From: a bacterium
GTDB taxonomy: Bacteria > Zhuqueibacterota > Zhuqueibacteria > Residuimicrobiales > Krinioviventaceae
Assembly: GCA_963693055.1 (NCBI GenBank)
Contig: OY843751.1
Span: forward strand, 4,384,001 to 4,448,000
Length of the DNA: 64,000 nucleotides
Direction: 5' to 3'
The notes under the pieces were generated by a model. The model was not told the DNA's origin, made no database searches, and saw only the letters and a program-made list of their open reading frames with translations. The position numbers and the translations under genes were made by a program. Of this stretch, positions 1 through 10,849 are shown one piece after another; the first letter of the stretch is position 1; each line of letters begins with the position of its first letter.

Positions 1-1079
1 TCATAGTCAACATGTGTAACACGTACACGCGGTTGTGTTTCCGGTAGATATATTCGGTCAATATGCACAACAGCTTCAGGTGAACTGAATTGTTCAGGAC
101 CTATTATTCCTCCAAAATGATCACTGCGACCAAAGGCAATATGGAATCCCAATTTTTCATCCAGCAAAACCTGCCCTATAGGATGAATATCAAAATCCGC
201 AATAATCCCGAATCCAAGTTCTGCAACGTTTGCATATGCCGGTTCTGATCTTACATAATCCCATTCCTGCATACTTTTAGGACCATCTGACAAAACTTTG
301 GTTATCTTGTTCTGTCGTATACGGTAAATTACAACTTCATCACCAAATTGTACCGGCAAATACCCCTGACTTTGACTCACCTTACCCAAGCCACCTTCAT
401 AAGGTACAATATATGTCTCGCCACTGGGTAAATTACCAGCTGTTCCCCTTTCAGGAAACCGTCCACTACTCACGTGCGCTGTTCTTTGAAATAAATCAAA
501 AGATACCTTGTACTTTTCTTTATCATCAACAACAAATTCAGCATTTACCTTGTCAGCAAAATCAAGTTTTTGTTTCAATAATTGCAGACGCTCATTTACT
601 ACATTAAAATCAATGCGTAATGCGGGAATCATATCCGCGGTAAAACCCGGCATAGTAGCAGCACGGAAATTGTACTTTTTAGCGGCAACTTTTAACGGTG
701 CAGTTGCAGAATATTGTGTTAATGCAATAAACAATTGTGTATCTGCAAAATAACCAGTTAAATTTTTTGATTCTTTTGGCAAGTCAGAAGCTTTATCAGG
801 AAGCTTGCCGTTTAATTGATACACTTTTTCTGGCAAATCAGCATTGTTTGATCCAACATCCGGATACGCTACCAGATCAACAGCTTCTACCCCAAGCTTG
901 TCCAAATTCTCAGACAGTAAGGCATACCAGTCAAAAGCTATTTTCCTTCTATCATTCCATGCCGGATTGTCCTGCCCAGACTTGGGAATATCTACCAATA
1001 TTGCTAATTTCTTATCCCCCTCTAACCTCGGAAAACAAAAGTTCAATAATTGAACCAGTTCCAAACCTGACAACTTCAT
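1..1079 (-). CDS. M29-like (thermophilic metalloprotease) aminopeptidase family protein, 3' end runs off the window
   Basis: Not in the ORF track (no stop in window). My translation from ATG at 1079 (MKLSGLELVQ...) stays open to base 1 and contains GNLPSGETY, AELGFG, LLDEKLGFHIAFGRSDHFGG and HIDRI motifs. Confidence 0.7.
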   Translation of the reverse strand, partial: MKLSGLELVQLLNFCFPRLEGDKKLAILVDIPKSGQDNPAWNDRRKIAFDWYALLSENLDKLGVEAVDLVAYPDVGSNNADLPEKVYQLNGKLPDKASDLPKESKNLTGYFADTQLFIALTQYSATAPLKVAAKKYNFRAATMPGFTADMIPALRIDFNVVNERLQLLKQKLDFADKVNAEFVVDDKEKYKVSFDLFQRTAHVSSGRFPERGTAGNLPSGETYIVPYEGGLGKVSQSQGYLPVQFGDEVVIYRIRQNKITKVLSDGPKSMQEWDYVRSEPAYANVAELGFGIIADFDIHPIGQVLLDEKLGFHIAFGRSDHFGGIIGPEQFSSPEAVVHIDRIYLPETQPRVRVTHVDY

Positions 1080-1256
1080 AAAATACGCCCTCTAACCCTT
1101 TTTCATTAAATTTACCTATTTAATGAATATTATTCAAGTCTTAACTGATTTAATTTAATATTTTTTATTATGATACAATTATTAGAAACGTGAAACACAT
1201 GGCATTTTCTAACGTAAACTTTGCTTGCAGGGTAATAATTTTATATTAAATTATAA

Positions 1257-2609
1257 TTGGAAATGAAAACATGGTATCGATTGATGAATATACATACACA
1301 GGTTAAAAAGATTTTTGTTGGTCTTTATTTCACATTGCTGATGAGTACTGTCACTCTCTATTCGCAATCGGCAAAACCTCCTCAAGCTCTTATAATTGAA
1401 AAAATAGAAATTGAAGGAAATAACAAAACAAAGCCATATGTAATTGAAAAATATATATCATTAAAACCCGGTAACGAGCTTGTCCCTTCTGAGCTGCTTG
1501 AAAACACACTTTTATTACAACAAACAGAACTTTTCAAAGATGTGGATATCTATACCCGGCCAGGTTCAAAAAAAGGCCTGGTGATTGTAGTTATAGAAAT
1601 TATTGAAAACAAATGGCCAACGTATCGATTTGAAGGTGGCCATGGCGATCTGAATGGCTGGTACCTCTCTCCAATTATTTTCAGAATGGATAATTTTTTT
1701 GGTCATGGTAACTATTTCAGTTATACATGGAAGCTGGGTAACCGTGTAACAGGCAACTATTTTGATATCAAAGAACCCAACCTTTTCAACTCTAAAGCCT
1801 ACATTGGCTTTCAGTTTTTTGGTGAACATCAGGATTATTTGCACTATATAGCGAACAAAGATACAATCGAAACAGTTTTTTCAAAAGGAATCCGGATAAA
1901 ACTCGGTGCAAATACAGGAATGCTTAAACATACATTCCTCGGTTATCGACTGGTAGGATACAGGCCCAAAAAGGTCAAAGAACTTGAACCATTACTGCAA
2001 GATGATTATGAAAACCGGGTAGTAGGCGCCTTGTCAACAGGGCTGATAACAGATACTCGCGACAATACAGCATTCCCAACAAGCGGAATTTGGGGAGCAG
2101 TAACAGGAGAAGTTGCATTAAAATATTTAGGCAGTAACACCATTTTCCCTAAACTTTTATTTGATTTTAGAACTTATAAAGAATTTGCCAGCAAACCTGT
2201 TTATGCATTCCATATCAAAGGCGGCATAATGGGAAACAAGGCCCCATACTATGAAAGATTCTATCTGGGCGGTGCATCTTCCCTTAGAGGGTTTTCCTTT
2301 AGCCGTTTAACCCCTCCGGGCTGGGGAACAAAACAGCTCATCATTCAGAATGAATTCCGGTTTCCCATTGGTAACCCCGAAACCGATTCACCCGGCTATA
2401 AACATACCCTTGTATTATTTTATGATGCCGGAGGTATATGGATGTCAGACCAGATACCCATCTTGTTTGATCTCTACCATACTATTGGTGCTGGTTATCG
2501 TCTAAAACTCCCTGTGTTTGATATTTTACGGTTTGACATTGCACATCCATTAAACAATATTGAAAACGATTTATTAGAATTTCACATATCATTGGGACAA
2601 ACTTTTTAA
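1257..2609 (+). CDS. Omp85/BamA-TamA family outer-membrane protein with one POTRA domain
   Basis: Signal-like N-terminus, POTRA pattern IEIEGNNKTK, FYLGGASSLRGF motif, C-terminal Phe (SLGQTF). Confidence 0.85.
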   Translation: MEMKTWYRLMNIHTQVKKIFVGLYFTLLMSTVTLYSQSAKPPQALIIEKIEIEGNNKTKPYVIEKYISLKPGNELVPSELLENTLLLQQTELFKDVDIYTRPGSKKGLVIVVIEIIENKWPTYRFEGGHGDLNGWYLSPIIFRMDNFFGHGNYFSYTWKLGNRVTGNYFDIKEPNLFNSKAYIGFQFFGEHQDYLHYIANKDTIETVFSKGIRIKLGANTGMLKHTFLGYRLVGYRPKKVKELEPLLQDDYENRVVGALSTGLITDTRDNTAFPTSGIWGAVTGEVALKYLGSNTIFPKLLFDFRTYKEFASKPVYAFHIKGGIMGNKAPYYERFYLGGASSLRGFSFSRLTPPGWGTKQLIIQNEFRFPIGNPETDSPGYKHTLVLFYDAGGIWMSDQIPILFDLYHTIGAGYRLKLPVFDILRFDIAHPLNNIENDLLEFHISLGQTF

Positions 2610-2630
2610 GAAATCAGAGTTTCATACAAA

Positions 2631-3326
2631 ATGTTCAAGATACAGACAAAAACATATGCAGTAATTATTATGGTGTTGGTCATTTTCAACATCAGTTATG
2701 CTGCCGATAACGAAATAGAGATAGAAAATATCACTCCCTCATTTCAGAATGATAGTCTGTATATTACTGCGCAATTTTCAAATCTTTTCTCAAATAAAAA
2801 CCTGAGCACTTTACAAAGTGGATTACAATCTCTGATTAAAATCGATCTGGAATTATTAGAACATGGCGGTAACGAAAATCTTATTTCCGGCACGTCTACG
2901 CTTGCGGAAATTGAAATAGGCATGAGCCTGATGTATAACATTTGGGACGAGGTATATTATATTACCGATCAAAACAACAAGCGCTCATTTTCATCAATAG
3001 ATGATTTTATTAAAAATGCGTCTACACTACAAAATCTGCCGCTTTTAAATCAGTCATTGCTGAAATCCAACGCACGCTATTCAGTCAGAATTATGATTCA
3101 ATTCTTTCCCATTTCTGAACAACAAAAAGACAAAGTTGAAGCATGGTTAAGGAATCCCAATAAAACCAAATATACATTGGCTTCAGACGAAAGGGCAAAC
3201 CGGTTTCAACTCACATCCGGTAAAATGGTCTCACTCTTTTTGGGAGGCAAAAGCAGACCCAAAAACAGTTCAAAATGGTACTCATCCGATGTTTTTAATA
3301 TCACTCAATTAACAGGGCAAAATTAA
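2631..3326 (+). CDS. Exported DUF4390-like protein
   Basis: Signal peptide, LQSGL and YNIWDEVY pattern, position directly before a HAMP kinase. Confidence 0.55.
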   Translation: MFKIQTKTYAVIIMVLVIFNISYAADNEIEIENITPSFQNDSLYITAQFSNLFSNKNLSTLQSGLQSLIKIDLELLEHGGNENLISGTSTLAEIEIGMSLMYNIWDEVYYITDQNNKRSFSSIDDFIKNASTLQNLPLLNQSLLKSNARYSVRIMIQFFPISEQQKDKVEAWLRNPNKTKYTLASDERANRFQLTSGKMVSLFLGGKSRPKNSSKWYSSDVFNITQLTGQN

Positions 3327-5146
3327 TGATTCATATCCGTGTAAAATTTATACTGATCTTGCTGTTTTCAATACTGTTACCAATAGCACCATCTTATTTT
3401 TTGGTAAATGGATTGATAAAACAAGGGTTGGAAATCGGATTAAATAAAAACGTTGAAACCGCGCTCGAAAATGCATCAGATTTTTCAAAACAATTATACG
3501 CCAAGCACAAACAGGATACAGGCAATTTACTTGAAGAATTAAAATCAACCACTGTTATTTCTCAACTCGTACAAAACCAGCTGAGTGACCAACAAATTGA
3601 AAAATTGAAATTATTTGACATATTTCAGTTAAACCTCTACAACCAAAAATCTGAAATAATTACAGAATATACCATATCCAATACCGATTCTCTCCCCCTT
3701 CCCAAACCATCATCGCTGGATATTGACAATTTCATTAAAGAAAACCATAATGGCTTTTACAATGTAAGTGATCCCAGATTTATCATAGCCTATGCACCAG
3801 TCAAGCTGAATGACGGGGCAGGCCTTTTGGTTGCAACACGAGTTATGCCGCAAAGCTTTGCCCAGTCAGCAAGGCATATTGTTGAAGTAAATCAAATGTT
3901 TAAACGTCTCGACTTTATCAGCAACGATATTAAACGCGGTCTGTTATTAACATACCTGACTGTATATTTACCCATCACCATTCTTTCTTTGATTGTGGGT
4001 TACAATTTTACCCGCCGTATTACTTCTCCCCTGCTCGAGCTTGTTAAAGGTACACAAATTGTTGCCGCAGGCAACTGGGATTATCGTGTCAAGGTTACCT
4101 CAAGAGATGAAGTAGGGCAGCTTGAAGAAGCGTTCAACTCTATGATCCAGACAATCAAAGAAAAACAGAAACAGGCAAAAGAGCAGGAAAAACAGCGACT
4201 AAAAATTGAAGAAGAAAACCTGCGCAAAACCCGTATTCTAGAACTTTCTCGTTTAAAGTCCAAAGCTTTGGTTGAAGAAAACAAACGCAAAACCCTCGAA
4301 CTGGAAAAAGCCCAGGAACTGGAAAAAGCCTACAAAGCTCTTGAAGACTCGCACCGCGAACTTCGGGAAACTCAGGCTCAACTCATACAATCCGGTAAAA
4401 TGGCATCTCTGGGTAATCTTGCAGCCGGTGTTGCTCATGAAATAAATAATCCCCTGGGCGCAATTCATAGCGCCGCAGATGTTTCACAACGCGCCATTCA
4501 GCGTATTTTACCCATGCTTGAATCGGGAGAATCTCTTGCCGAAATCATGGCAAGCAAATCTTTTAATCAATCGGTTGATATTCTCAAAGGCAATACCCAA
4601 CTCATTCTCGAAGCCAGTAACCGGGTGGTCACAATTATCAAGAGCCTGAAAACCTTTGCCCGCCTTGACGAAGCCGATTTTAAAAATGCAGACATCCATG
4701 AAGGACTTGACAGTACATTAATGCTGTTGCATCATGAAATGAAGAACCATATAACCGTGGAAAAAGACTATGCTGACCTCCCGCTTGTGCCCTGCTATCC
4801 CAACGAGTTGAACCAGGTATTTATGAATATACTAGCCAACGCTACACAAGCCATTAAAGAGAACGGAAACATACAAATACAAACGCAAAAAGACGATTTT
4901 TGGGTACATATTAAAATCAAAGATAGCGGTGTAGGTATTCCACATGAAAACCTGGCCAAAATTTTTGATCCCGGCTTTACAACCAAAGGTGTAGGCGTAG
5001 GTACCGGGCTTGGCTTATCCATTAGCTATAATATTATAGAAAAACACCATGGTAGAATCAGGGTTGAAAGTGAACCCAATAAAGGCACAGAATTCATGAT
5101 CGATCTTCCACTAAACCACTCTAAAATGCACAAGAAAACGAACTAA
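3326..5146 (+). CDS. Membrane HAMP-domain sensor histidine kinase
   Basis: Two TM helices, HAMP (SRDEVGQL), H-box VAHEINNPL, N-box, DSGVGI, FDPGFTTK, GTGLGLSI. Confidence 0.93.
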   Translation: MIHIRVKFILILLFSILLPIAPSYFLVNGLIKQGLEIGLNKNVETALENASDFSKQLYAKHKQDTGNLLEELKSTTVISQLVQNQLSDQQIEKLKLFDIFQLNLYNQKSEIITEYTISNTDSLPLPKPSSLDIDNFIKENHNGFYNVSDPRFIIAYAPVKLNDGAGLLVATRVMPQSFAQSARHIVEVNQMFKRLDFISNDIKRGLLLTYLTVYLPITILSLIVGYNFTRRITSPLLELVKGTQIVAAGNWDYRVKVTSRDEVGQLEEAFNSMIQTIKEKQKQAKEQEKQRLKIEEENLRKTRILELSRLKSKALVEENKRKTLELEKAQELEKAYKALEDSHRELRETQAQLIQSGKMASLGNLAAGVAHEINNPLGAIHSAADVSQRAIQRILPMLESGESLAEIMASKSFNQSVDILKGNTQLILEASNRVVTIIKSLKTFARLDEADFKNADIHEGLDSTLMLLHHEMKNHITVEKDYADLPLVPCYPNELNQVFMNILANATQAIKENGNIQIQTQKDDFWVHIKIKDSGVGIPHENLAKIFDPGFTTKGVGVGTGLGLSISYNIIEKHHGRIRVESEPNKGTEFMIDLPLNHSKMHKKTN

Positions 5147-5195
5147 TGTTTAAATGATTTCTGCCGATACTTATTAAAGTAAAAAAGGGTAACAA

Positions 5196-5594
5196 TTGGG
5201 AGTGAAAACAATGAACAAAATCTTGATAGTAGATGACCAGGAGGAAATTCAGCAACTGCTTTCTGACGCACTGTCTGATCAGGGATACAATGTAACTTGT
5301 GAATCTGATGGCGAAGCTGCCCTTGCAAGGCTCCAAAAAGATGATTTCCATGTCTTTTTTCTTGATCTGCAATTACCGGGTATCAATGGTCTTGATCTGT
5401 GCCGCCAAATTCGTAAAGATAAAATTGCCGAATGCATTTATGCCATGACCGGCTTTACTTCGGTATATGATTTTCTTGAATGCCGTAAAGCGGGGTTCGA
5501 CGACTATTTTGTAAAACCTTTGGATATAAGATTGGTCCTGAAAGCTGCTGATGAAGGATTTGAAAAATTATTACGCTGGACGAAAAGCATGTAA
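5196..5594 (+). CDS. Single-domain response regulator (receiver only)
   Basis: ILIVDD, LDLQLPGING, MTG and KP motifs; no output domain. Confidence 0.9.
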   Translation: MGVKTMNKILIVDDQEEIQQLLSDALSDQGYNVTCESDGEAALARLQKDDFHVFFLDLQLPGINGLDLCRQIRKDKIAECIYAMTGFTSVYDFLECRKAGFDDYFVKPLDIRLVLKAADEGFEKLLRWTKSM

Positions 5595-6234
5595 ATCTTT
5601 AGTTCCCATTGTAATTACATTTATACTGGTTCTTTTCTCAGATTGTAAAAAAGCAGAAAAAATCATTCAACCACAATTTAATATCTCAATGCAATCACCT
5701 GATCATATTAGGTTGTGGAAACTTGCATATTTCAATACCGGAGACTTTGCTGTATCAGACAGTTTATTTATACTAAAAGCATCAAACAGCTTGACCGGTA
5801 TTGTATGGCAGGGTGAATTCCCCAAAATAAATTACGAATTTACCTGTCAGGCAATGCGTGTAAATGGGAATGACTTTTTTGCCGGAATCTCTTTTCCCGT
5901 AAAAAACAATTTCTGTACATGGATTAATGGTGGATGGGGTGGTACTGTTGTGGGCCTGAGTAATGTTGACTGGTCTCCCGCGTCTGAAAATTTAACAACA
6001 ACACATATTGAATTTCAAAATAACAACTGGTATGCATTAAAACTGCAAGTGACAGCAACCCAAATTACCGCCTGGATTGATAAGGAGCAGGTAATTGAGC
6101 TAAAATATACCAATCACTCACTATCTCTGCATTCATATATGGAAACTCTAAATACGCTGTCGCTGGCAAGCTGGCAGACAACAGCGTATTTTAAAAATAT
6201 TAAACTGGTTTCAATCCCTGCCGATTCGTTATGA
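5551..6234 (+). CDS. DUF1080 (3-keto-disaccharide hydrolase-like) putative lipoprotein
   Basis: G-DFF, GGWGGTVVGLS and NNWY...V...I.AWID pattern; hydrophobic stretch then Cys; start uncertain. Confidence 0.6.
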   Translation: MKDLKNYYAGRKACKSLVPIVITFILVLFSDCKKAEKIIQPQFNISMQSPDHIRLWKLAYFNTGDFAVSDSLFILKASNSLTGIVWQGEFPKINYEFTCQAMRVNGNDFFAGISFPVKNNFCTWINGGWGGTVVGLSNVDWSPASENLTTTHIEFQNNNWYALKLQVTATQITAWIDKEQVIELKYTNHSLSLHSYMETLNTLSLASWQTTAYFKNIKLVSIPADSL

Positions 6235-7698
6235 CCGCTCAAGCAGTTTTGCCAGCATCTTGTTCGCAACTTTGGGATTACTCAAAACATCTGGTCCGGA
6301 AATACAACCACCTTCACATGCCATCACTTCTACAAAATTACAATCACAACCAGATTTGGACATCTTTTTCAACTCACGTAAACTCTTTTTTGTCAAACCA
6401 TCTATCAGATAATCTTGAACCTCAACCTTGCCATCGACTCCATGCTTGAGTGCATTGGTAACACCACCACTGGCGGGGAATCCTCTGCCTTCTCTTGACG
6501 GAACGTGCTCAATTTCTACATCATCACATTTTTGCACATCAATATCCGCTGCAACAAACAAAGATCCCAGTTCTTCTATGGTTAGCACATAATCCACAAA
6601 ATCATCTTCAATGGCCTCATTCCGCTTTGCAACACAAGGTCCTATAAACACGCGCTTTGCATCAGGATATTTTTCCATTGCTATTTGTCCGGTATAATGC
6701 ATAGGCGTTGGTGTGTCAGAAACATATTCAGACAACTCGGGAAAATGTTTTTTAACAGATTCCGTATAAGCCGGACAGCAAGAGGTTGTCATAAACTTTT
6801 CATTCTTTTCCATTCGTTCTATAAACTCTGCGGCTTCGTGTTCAGCGGTCATGTCTGCACCCAGAGCGACTTCAATCACATGATCAAAACCCAGAGTTTT
6901 TAAAGCACTGACAATTTTTTCCAGTTCCGCTGAAAACTGTCCAACTATTGCAGGAGCAATCATGGCTACCATTTTTTGTTCTGACAACAAAAGTTTTAAT
7001 ACATCGACCAACTGAGAACGCTCCATAATCGCGCCAAACGGACATTCGCGCATACACTTGCCGCAAAATGTACATTTATCATAATCAATCTGTTCCTTGC
7101 CGTCATCATCTTTGGTAATAGCACCAACCGGGCAAGCTTCCTCACAGGGAACCGGCATATAAATAATTGCGTGATAAGGACATTCTTTTAAACACATGCC
7201 ACAGTTTACACAAAGCTCGGGATCAATTTTAGCCTGCCCATTAACCATTTTAATTGCGTTTTTCTTGCAATTCATCATACAGGGACGTGCCATACACCCC
7301 TGACACGCATTGGTAACAAAATAACTGGTTTGAACACAGGCACTGCAAGCTTCGTCAATTACCGTTAAAATAGGATTTTCAATTTCGTCCCGGTCCATGG
7401 CGTCATTCGCATAAGCAGACAAAGTCTTTAACTCGTCTGTTTCTTCTTCCACCCGATGTCCCATCAGAGCCATCAAACGGTACTTGATCACTGCCCTGTC
7501 TTTATGAATACAACAACGTACTGATTTACTGCGTTTGGGAAACATGTCCAGGGGAATTCTATTTATATCATCAATATTGCCTGCCATAATTAATTTGGCA
7601 AGCTTTATCATCAAATCGCGCCTTATAAGCGTAGCATTGTTCACATAATTCATAATTATATCCTTATTCCTTTTCAAAAAGCCGGGTAATATAATCAA
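6229..7698 (-). CDS. Monomeric [FeFe]-hydrogenase with ferredoxin-type Fe-S clusters (HfsD/group B-like); likely start at MNYVNN
   Basis: H-cluster motifs TSCCPAY, GPCVAKRNE, EVMACEGGCISG; several CxxCxxCxxxCP motifs. Confidence 0.9.
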   Translation of the reverse strand: MIILPGFLKRNKDIIMNYVNNATLIRRDLMIKLAKLIMAGNIDDINRIPLDMFPKRSKSVRCCIHKDRAVIKYRLMALMGHRVEEETDELKTLSAYANDAMDRDEIENPILTVIDEACSACVQTSYFVTNACQGCMARPCMMNCKKNAIKMVNGQAKIDPELCVNCGMCLKECPYHAIIYMPVPCEEACPVGAITKDDDGKEQIDYDKCTFCGKCMRECPFGAIMERSQLVDVLKLLLSEQKMVAMIAPAIVGQFSAELEKIVSALKTLGFDHVIEVALGADMTAEHEAAEFIERMEKNEKFMTTSCCPAYTESVKKHFPELSEYVSDTPTPMHYTGQIAMEKYPDAKRVFIGPCVAKRNEAIEDDFVDYVLTIEELGSLFVAADIDVQKCDDVEIEHVPSREGRGFPASGGVTNALKHGVDGKVEVQDYLIDGLTKKSLRELKKMSKSGCDCNFVEVMACEGGCISGPDVLSNPKVANKMLAKLLERS

Positions 7699-7921
7699 TC
7701 ACTTTGGGAATATTGGCCTCACTAATCACATGCCCATTTACCACAACAAAGGGAGATTTCCCTTTTTCTATATCTTTACAATAATCCAAACAACCGGTTC
7801 CTTCAATTTGCACACGGTCCGCATACATTTCCGGCAAATGATCGTCAAGGGTTAGCAATTCTGAACCTCCCATTACAAAACAGGCGGTTCCTGTACAAAT
7901 TACAACTTTTATCTTTTCCAT
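7664..7921 (-). CDS. Thioredoxin-like [2Fe-2S] ferredoxin (NuoE-like)
   Basis: CTGTAC...CLDYC motif. Confidence 0.82.
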   Translation of the reverse strand: MEKIKVVICTGTACFVMGGSELLTLDDHLPEMYADRVQIEGTGCLDYCKDIEKGKSPFVVVNGHVISEANIPKVIDYITRLFEKE

Positions 7922-7934
7922 TTTTCCTCTTCTC

Positions 7935-9161
7935 TTAGATAAATTGCAGCCGGGTTTCTTTTAAGTGCTTTTCTTCCAACAGCTTGCGTATTTGTTTAAT
8001 AATATTACGGCGGATCTCAAGTTCAACCGGTACATTGGGATCCTGATGCGCGTCATTGATCTTGGTTCCTACCACAAAATGTATTATGTCGCTATTTAAA
8101 AACAAGTCTACCAATCGTGTAGCACCATTGGGCTTTACAGGATTCGGATGCAGGTCCTTTTCAAGCAATTCAGTCACTTTAGCCATGGTAATTGTACCCT
8201 CGGTCACAAGATCAACACCCTGCATCTCTGATATGGGTGGTACATCCGGTGAAATATCTTTCAAGTTCACCCTAACATCACGACCCAGCTCACGCGCAAG
8301 AATCTTGGTAGTGGTACCACCACAAATCACTTTTTTCCCTCTAAATGAATCCATAATTTCTGCAAGTTCTTTGTCTTTTTTCGGATCAATAGGCGGTCCG
8401 GTCATTACCAATAACTCTCGCGGTTCACGAACATGGATAACACCACAGGTTATATCATCGGAGGCTTTGTATTGATCATTCGCATATGCTTTTTGCACAA
8501 TCCGGTTTGCAAGATCACGCGCTGAAATTTCCATATCCTGTTCAAACAAACCACCAATAAACTCCTGAACTGCATTTTCACCCCATCCTAATGGATACGG
8601 CCGTGTACCCATTCCAGACTGGGTTACTCCATCGGAGAATAATATAATGCAGTCACCCATCTCTGCCTGAAAATTGGAAAAATGCAAAAAATCCTTTTTA
8701 TGTTCACGCTCACCCAACTCTATGGTTGATTTTGATACCGGAAAAATCTTATTATTGCGCACAAGAATAAAAGACGGATTGTCATATTCCACTATACGGG
8801 TTTGCATACCTTCATCAATATCCACAATAGAAAATGTGGAATAGCTAATCTTGCGGGTTTTACATACCGGTAGGGTTTTCATAATAACCTGCGCGGTCTT
8901 TTCAATATCGAATCGATTAGAAATATAATTCAACGCCATTGTGGTTGTCAGTGTAGATAATACATTGGCCTTTATACCACTACCAAGCCCGTCGGATAAA
9001 ACAGATATAGTTCTCCGCTCTTCTTTGTACTTGCGGGACATGAACGTATCGCCGCCAACAATTTGATTTTCTTTGAACTTTTGATAATAGTCCACTTCTA
9101 TAAAAGGTCTTTTAGCCGGCATTTTCATCTCTTCGAATTGTCGTGTTTGAATAAGAACCAA
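7935..9161 (-). CDS. SpoIIE/PP2C-family Ser/Thr phosphatase (HfsC-like)
   Basis: GGD, LSDGLGSG, FSDGV and DDIT motifs; C-terminal CGGTT extension typical of hydrogenase-linked members. Confidence 0.88.
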   Translation of the reverse strand: MVLIQTRQFEEMKMPAKRPFIEVDYYQKFKENQIVGGDTFMSRKYKEERRTISVLSDGLGSGIKANVLSTLTTTMALNYISNRFDIEKTAQVIMKTLPVCKTRKISYSTFSIVDIDEGMQTRIVEYDNPSFILVRNNKIFPVSKSTIELGEREHKKDFLHFSNFQAEMGDCIILFSDGVTQSGMGTRPYPLGWGENAVQEFIGGLFEQDMEISARDLANRIVQKAYANDQYKASDDITCGVIHVREPRELLVMTGPPIDPKKDKELAEIMDSFRGKKVICGGTTTKILARELGRDVRVNLKDISPDVPPISEMQGVDLVTEGTITMAKVTELLEKDLHPNPVKPNGATRLVDLFLNSDIIHFVVGTKINDAHQDPNVPVELEIRRNIIKQIRKLLEEKHLKETRLQFI

Positions 9162-10845
9162 TTATAGAATCAAGTATCACTTCTGTTTCTGATGCGTTTT
9201 CACCCAACAGATAGGCAATCTTTTGTACGGTTGCCAAATTATTTTCAATAACCTGACGGGCCCGGTTTATAATCTGTTCTTTTTGTATAGCCGGTTCTGT
9301 TACATCCTGAAAAATACCGCCAATGATACGATTCGGTTCTATACTGAACAAGGTCAAATTGAATATTGAATTCTCATGCCGTATATCAAGATTTAGCTTT
9401 TCAATACCATCATCCAAAACATTTTTAAAATAATGGGTAAAAGGAATAATCTTTTCAAGACTTGCACCTTCAAGGCCGGGTTTGGCATCATATATATCTT
9501 CAACATCTTTGCCCAATAATCGTGCAAAGTTTTGGTTACATTCTACAATCCTTAAATCTTTGTCAACAATAACAACACCAGAGGGCATAGAGCTCAATAA
9601 CGCGTTTGCCTTTTTATGCGCCAGTTTACGCATATATGAAACACACATGCCTAGTTCGGCCTTACCATCCAGCATGGCAATTGCAAAATCCCGGCAGGTA
9701 TCGTATCCGCAGCCACCACAATTCAACTCGTCTTTTTCCTTAATTTTACCAACTGTCAGCAAGGCATCACGAATTAAAAACTCGTCATACTTTTCCTGCA
9801 CCTTGCCGCTAATGTTTTGGGGATTATGAATATTCAAACTGGGTCTTTTGGGAATATCTGCAACAGAATACTCTGCATTCTGCAAAACTTCATATCGTTT
9901 GGTGATAATTGATTTTTTTTCCGTTATTTGTGGACCGTTCACGCACCCACCTTCACAAGCCAACATTTCAACAAACACACTCTTTTCTAGTTTCATGGAT
10001 TTCAGATCGGTTAATGCATCTCTCAGATTATCCAATCCCGAGAATGCCATAAAACATGCATCTGCTTGTGCACAGTTTGCTTTAATTCCTGCCAGCATTC
10101 CACCATCAACAGGATACAGGCTGCCCTCTTTAGCAGCTTCTGGAATAAAATGATCTTCTGCTGTGGGTTCAAGATCGCTCAGAATAATTTCTTCTTTCTC
10201 AAACCAGGTTTTCAAATTTTCAAAACTGATGGCAACATCCAACAGTTCATTAAAAGTATCGGATTCGAATTTTTTAGAAATACAAGGTCCCGCAAATACA
10301 ACAGCAATATCATTGCCATAATTTTCTTTTAATAAAGTAGCATGGGCCAGTAATGGAGAATGCAGTTCCGTTACATTATCTGCAAATTCAGGATAATATT
10401 TTTTCACAAGCTGAACAACAGTAGGGCATGCAGATGAAAACATTAAACGGGGTTTACTCTTTTCAATAATATCTGCCACATGCGCAGATACTTCCTGAGC
10501 GCCTAACGCAGTTTCAGACACGCCAAAGAATCCTAATTTTTTGAGGCCATGTATCAACCTGGCCGAGCCCACATTATTAAACTCGTTAATAAAAGATGGT
10601 GCCAGAGACAGAATAACTTTATCTTTCATGCTAAGCAGTCGCTTAACCCGGCCAACATCATCTCTAACCCGCTTTGCCCCAACCGGACATACTTGCACAC
10701 ACTTGCCGCATAAAACACACAACTCTTGAATGACAGAAGCGCTGCCATTCTCCACCTGAATCGCTTTATTCGAGCAGGCACGCACGCATTTATAACAATC
10801 CTGACACTCGGCCTGTTCTGTATATATAGGGAAATAAGGATTCAT
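9112..10845 (-). CDS. hydS: Sensory [FeFe]-hydrogenase with PAS domain (HydS/HfsB, group C)
   Basis: N-terminal 2x[4Fe-4S]; altered H-cluster motifs SSACP, GPCISKKFE, EMLACEGGC; LNCGGCGYDTC Fe-S motif; C-terminal PAS. Confidence 0.88.
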   Translation of the reverse strand: MNPYFPIYTEQAECQDCYKCVRACSNKAIQVENGSASVIQELCVLCGKCVQVCPVGAKRVRDDVGRVKRLLSMKDKVILSLAPSFINEFNNVGSARLIHGLKKLGFFGVSETALGAQEVSAHVADIIEKSKPRLMFSSACPTVVQLVKKYYPEFADNVTELHSPLLAHATLLKENYGNDIAVVFAGPCISKKFESDTFNELLDVAISFENLKTWFEKEEIILSDLEPTAEDHFIPEAAKEGSLYPVDGGMLAGIKANCAQADACFMAFSGLDNLRDALTDLKSMKLEKSVFVEMLACEGGCVNGPQITEKKSIITKRYEVLQNAEYSVADIPKRPSLNIHNPQNISGKVQEKYDEFLIRDALLTVGKIKEKDELNCGGCGYDTCRDFAIAMLDGKAELGMCVSYMRKLAHKKANALLSSMPSGVVIVDKDLRIVECNQNFARLLGKDVEDIYDAKPGLEGASLEKIIPFTHYFKNVLDDGIEKLNLDIRHENSIFNLTLFSIEPNRIIGGIFQDVTEPAIQKEQIINRARQVIENNLATVQKIAYLLGENASETEVILDSIIGSYSNTTIRRDENAG

Positions 10846-10849
10846 ATTG

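Noticed and set aside
413-1081. Plus-strand ORFs 413-607, 508-753, 737-1081, 844-1053
   Set aside because: Antisense shadows of the minus-strand aminopeptidase-like gene.
5585-5600. Possible frameshift at ATGTAAATCT hiding an MKSLVPIV signal-peptide start for the DUF1080 gene
   Set aside because: An upstream in-frame ATG (5551) exists and the TAA is the regulator's natural stop; cannot be decided from sequence.
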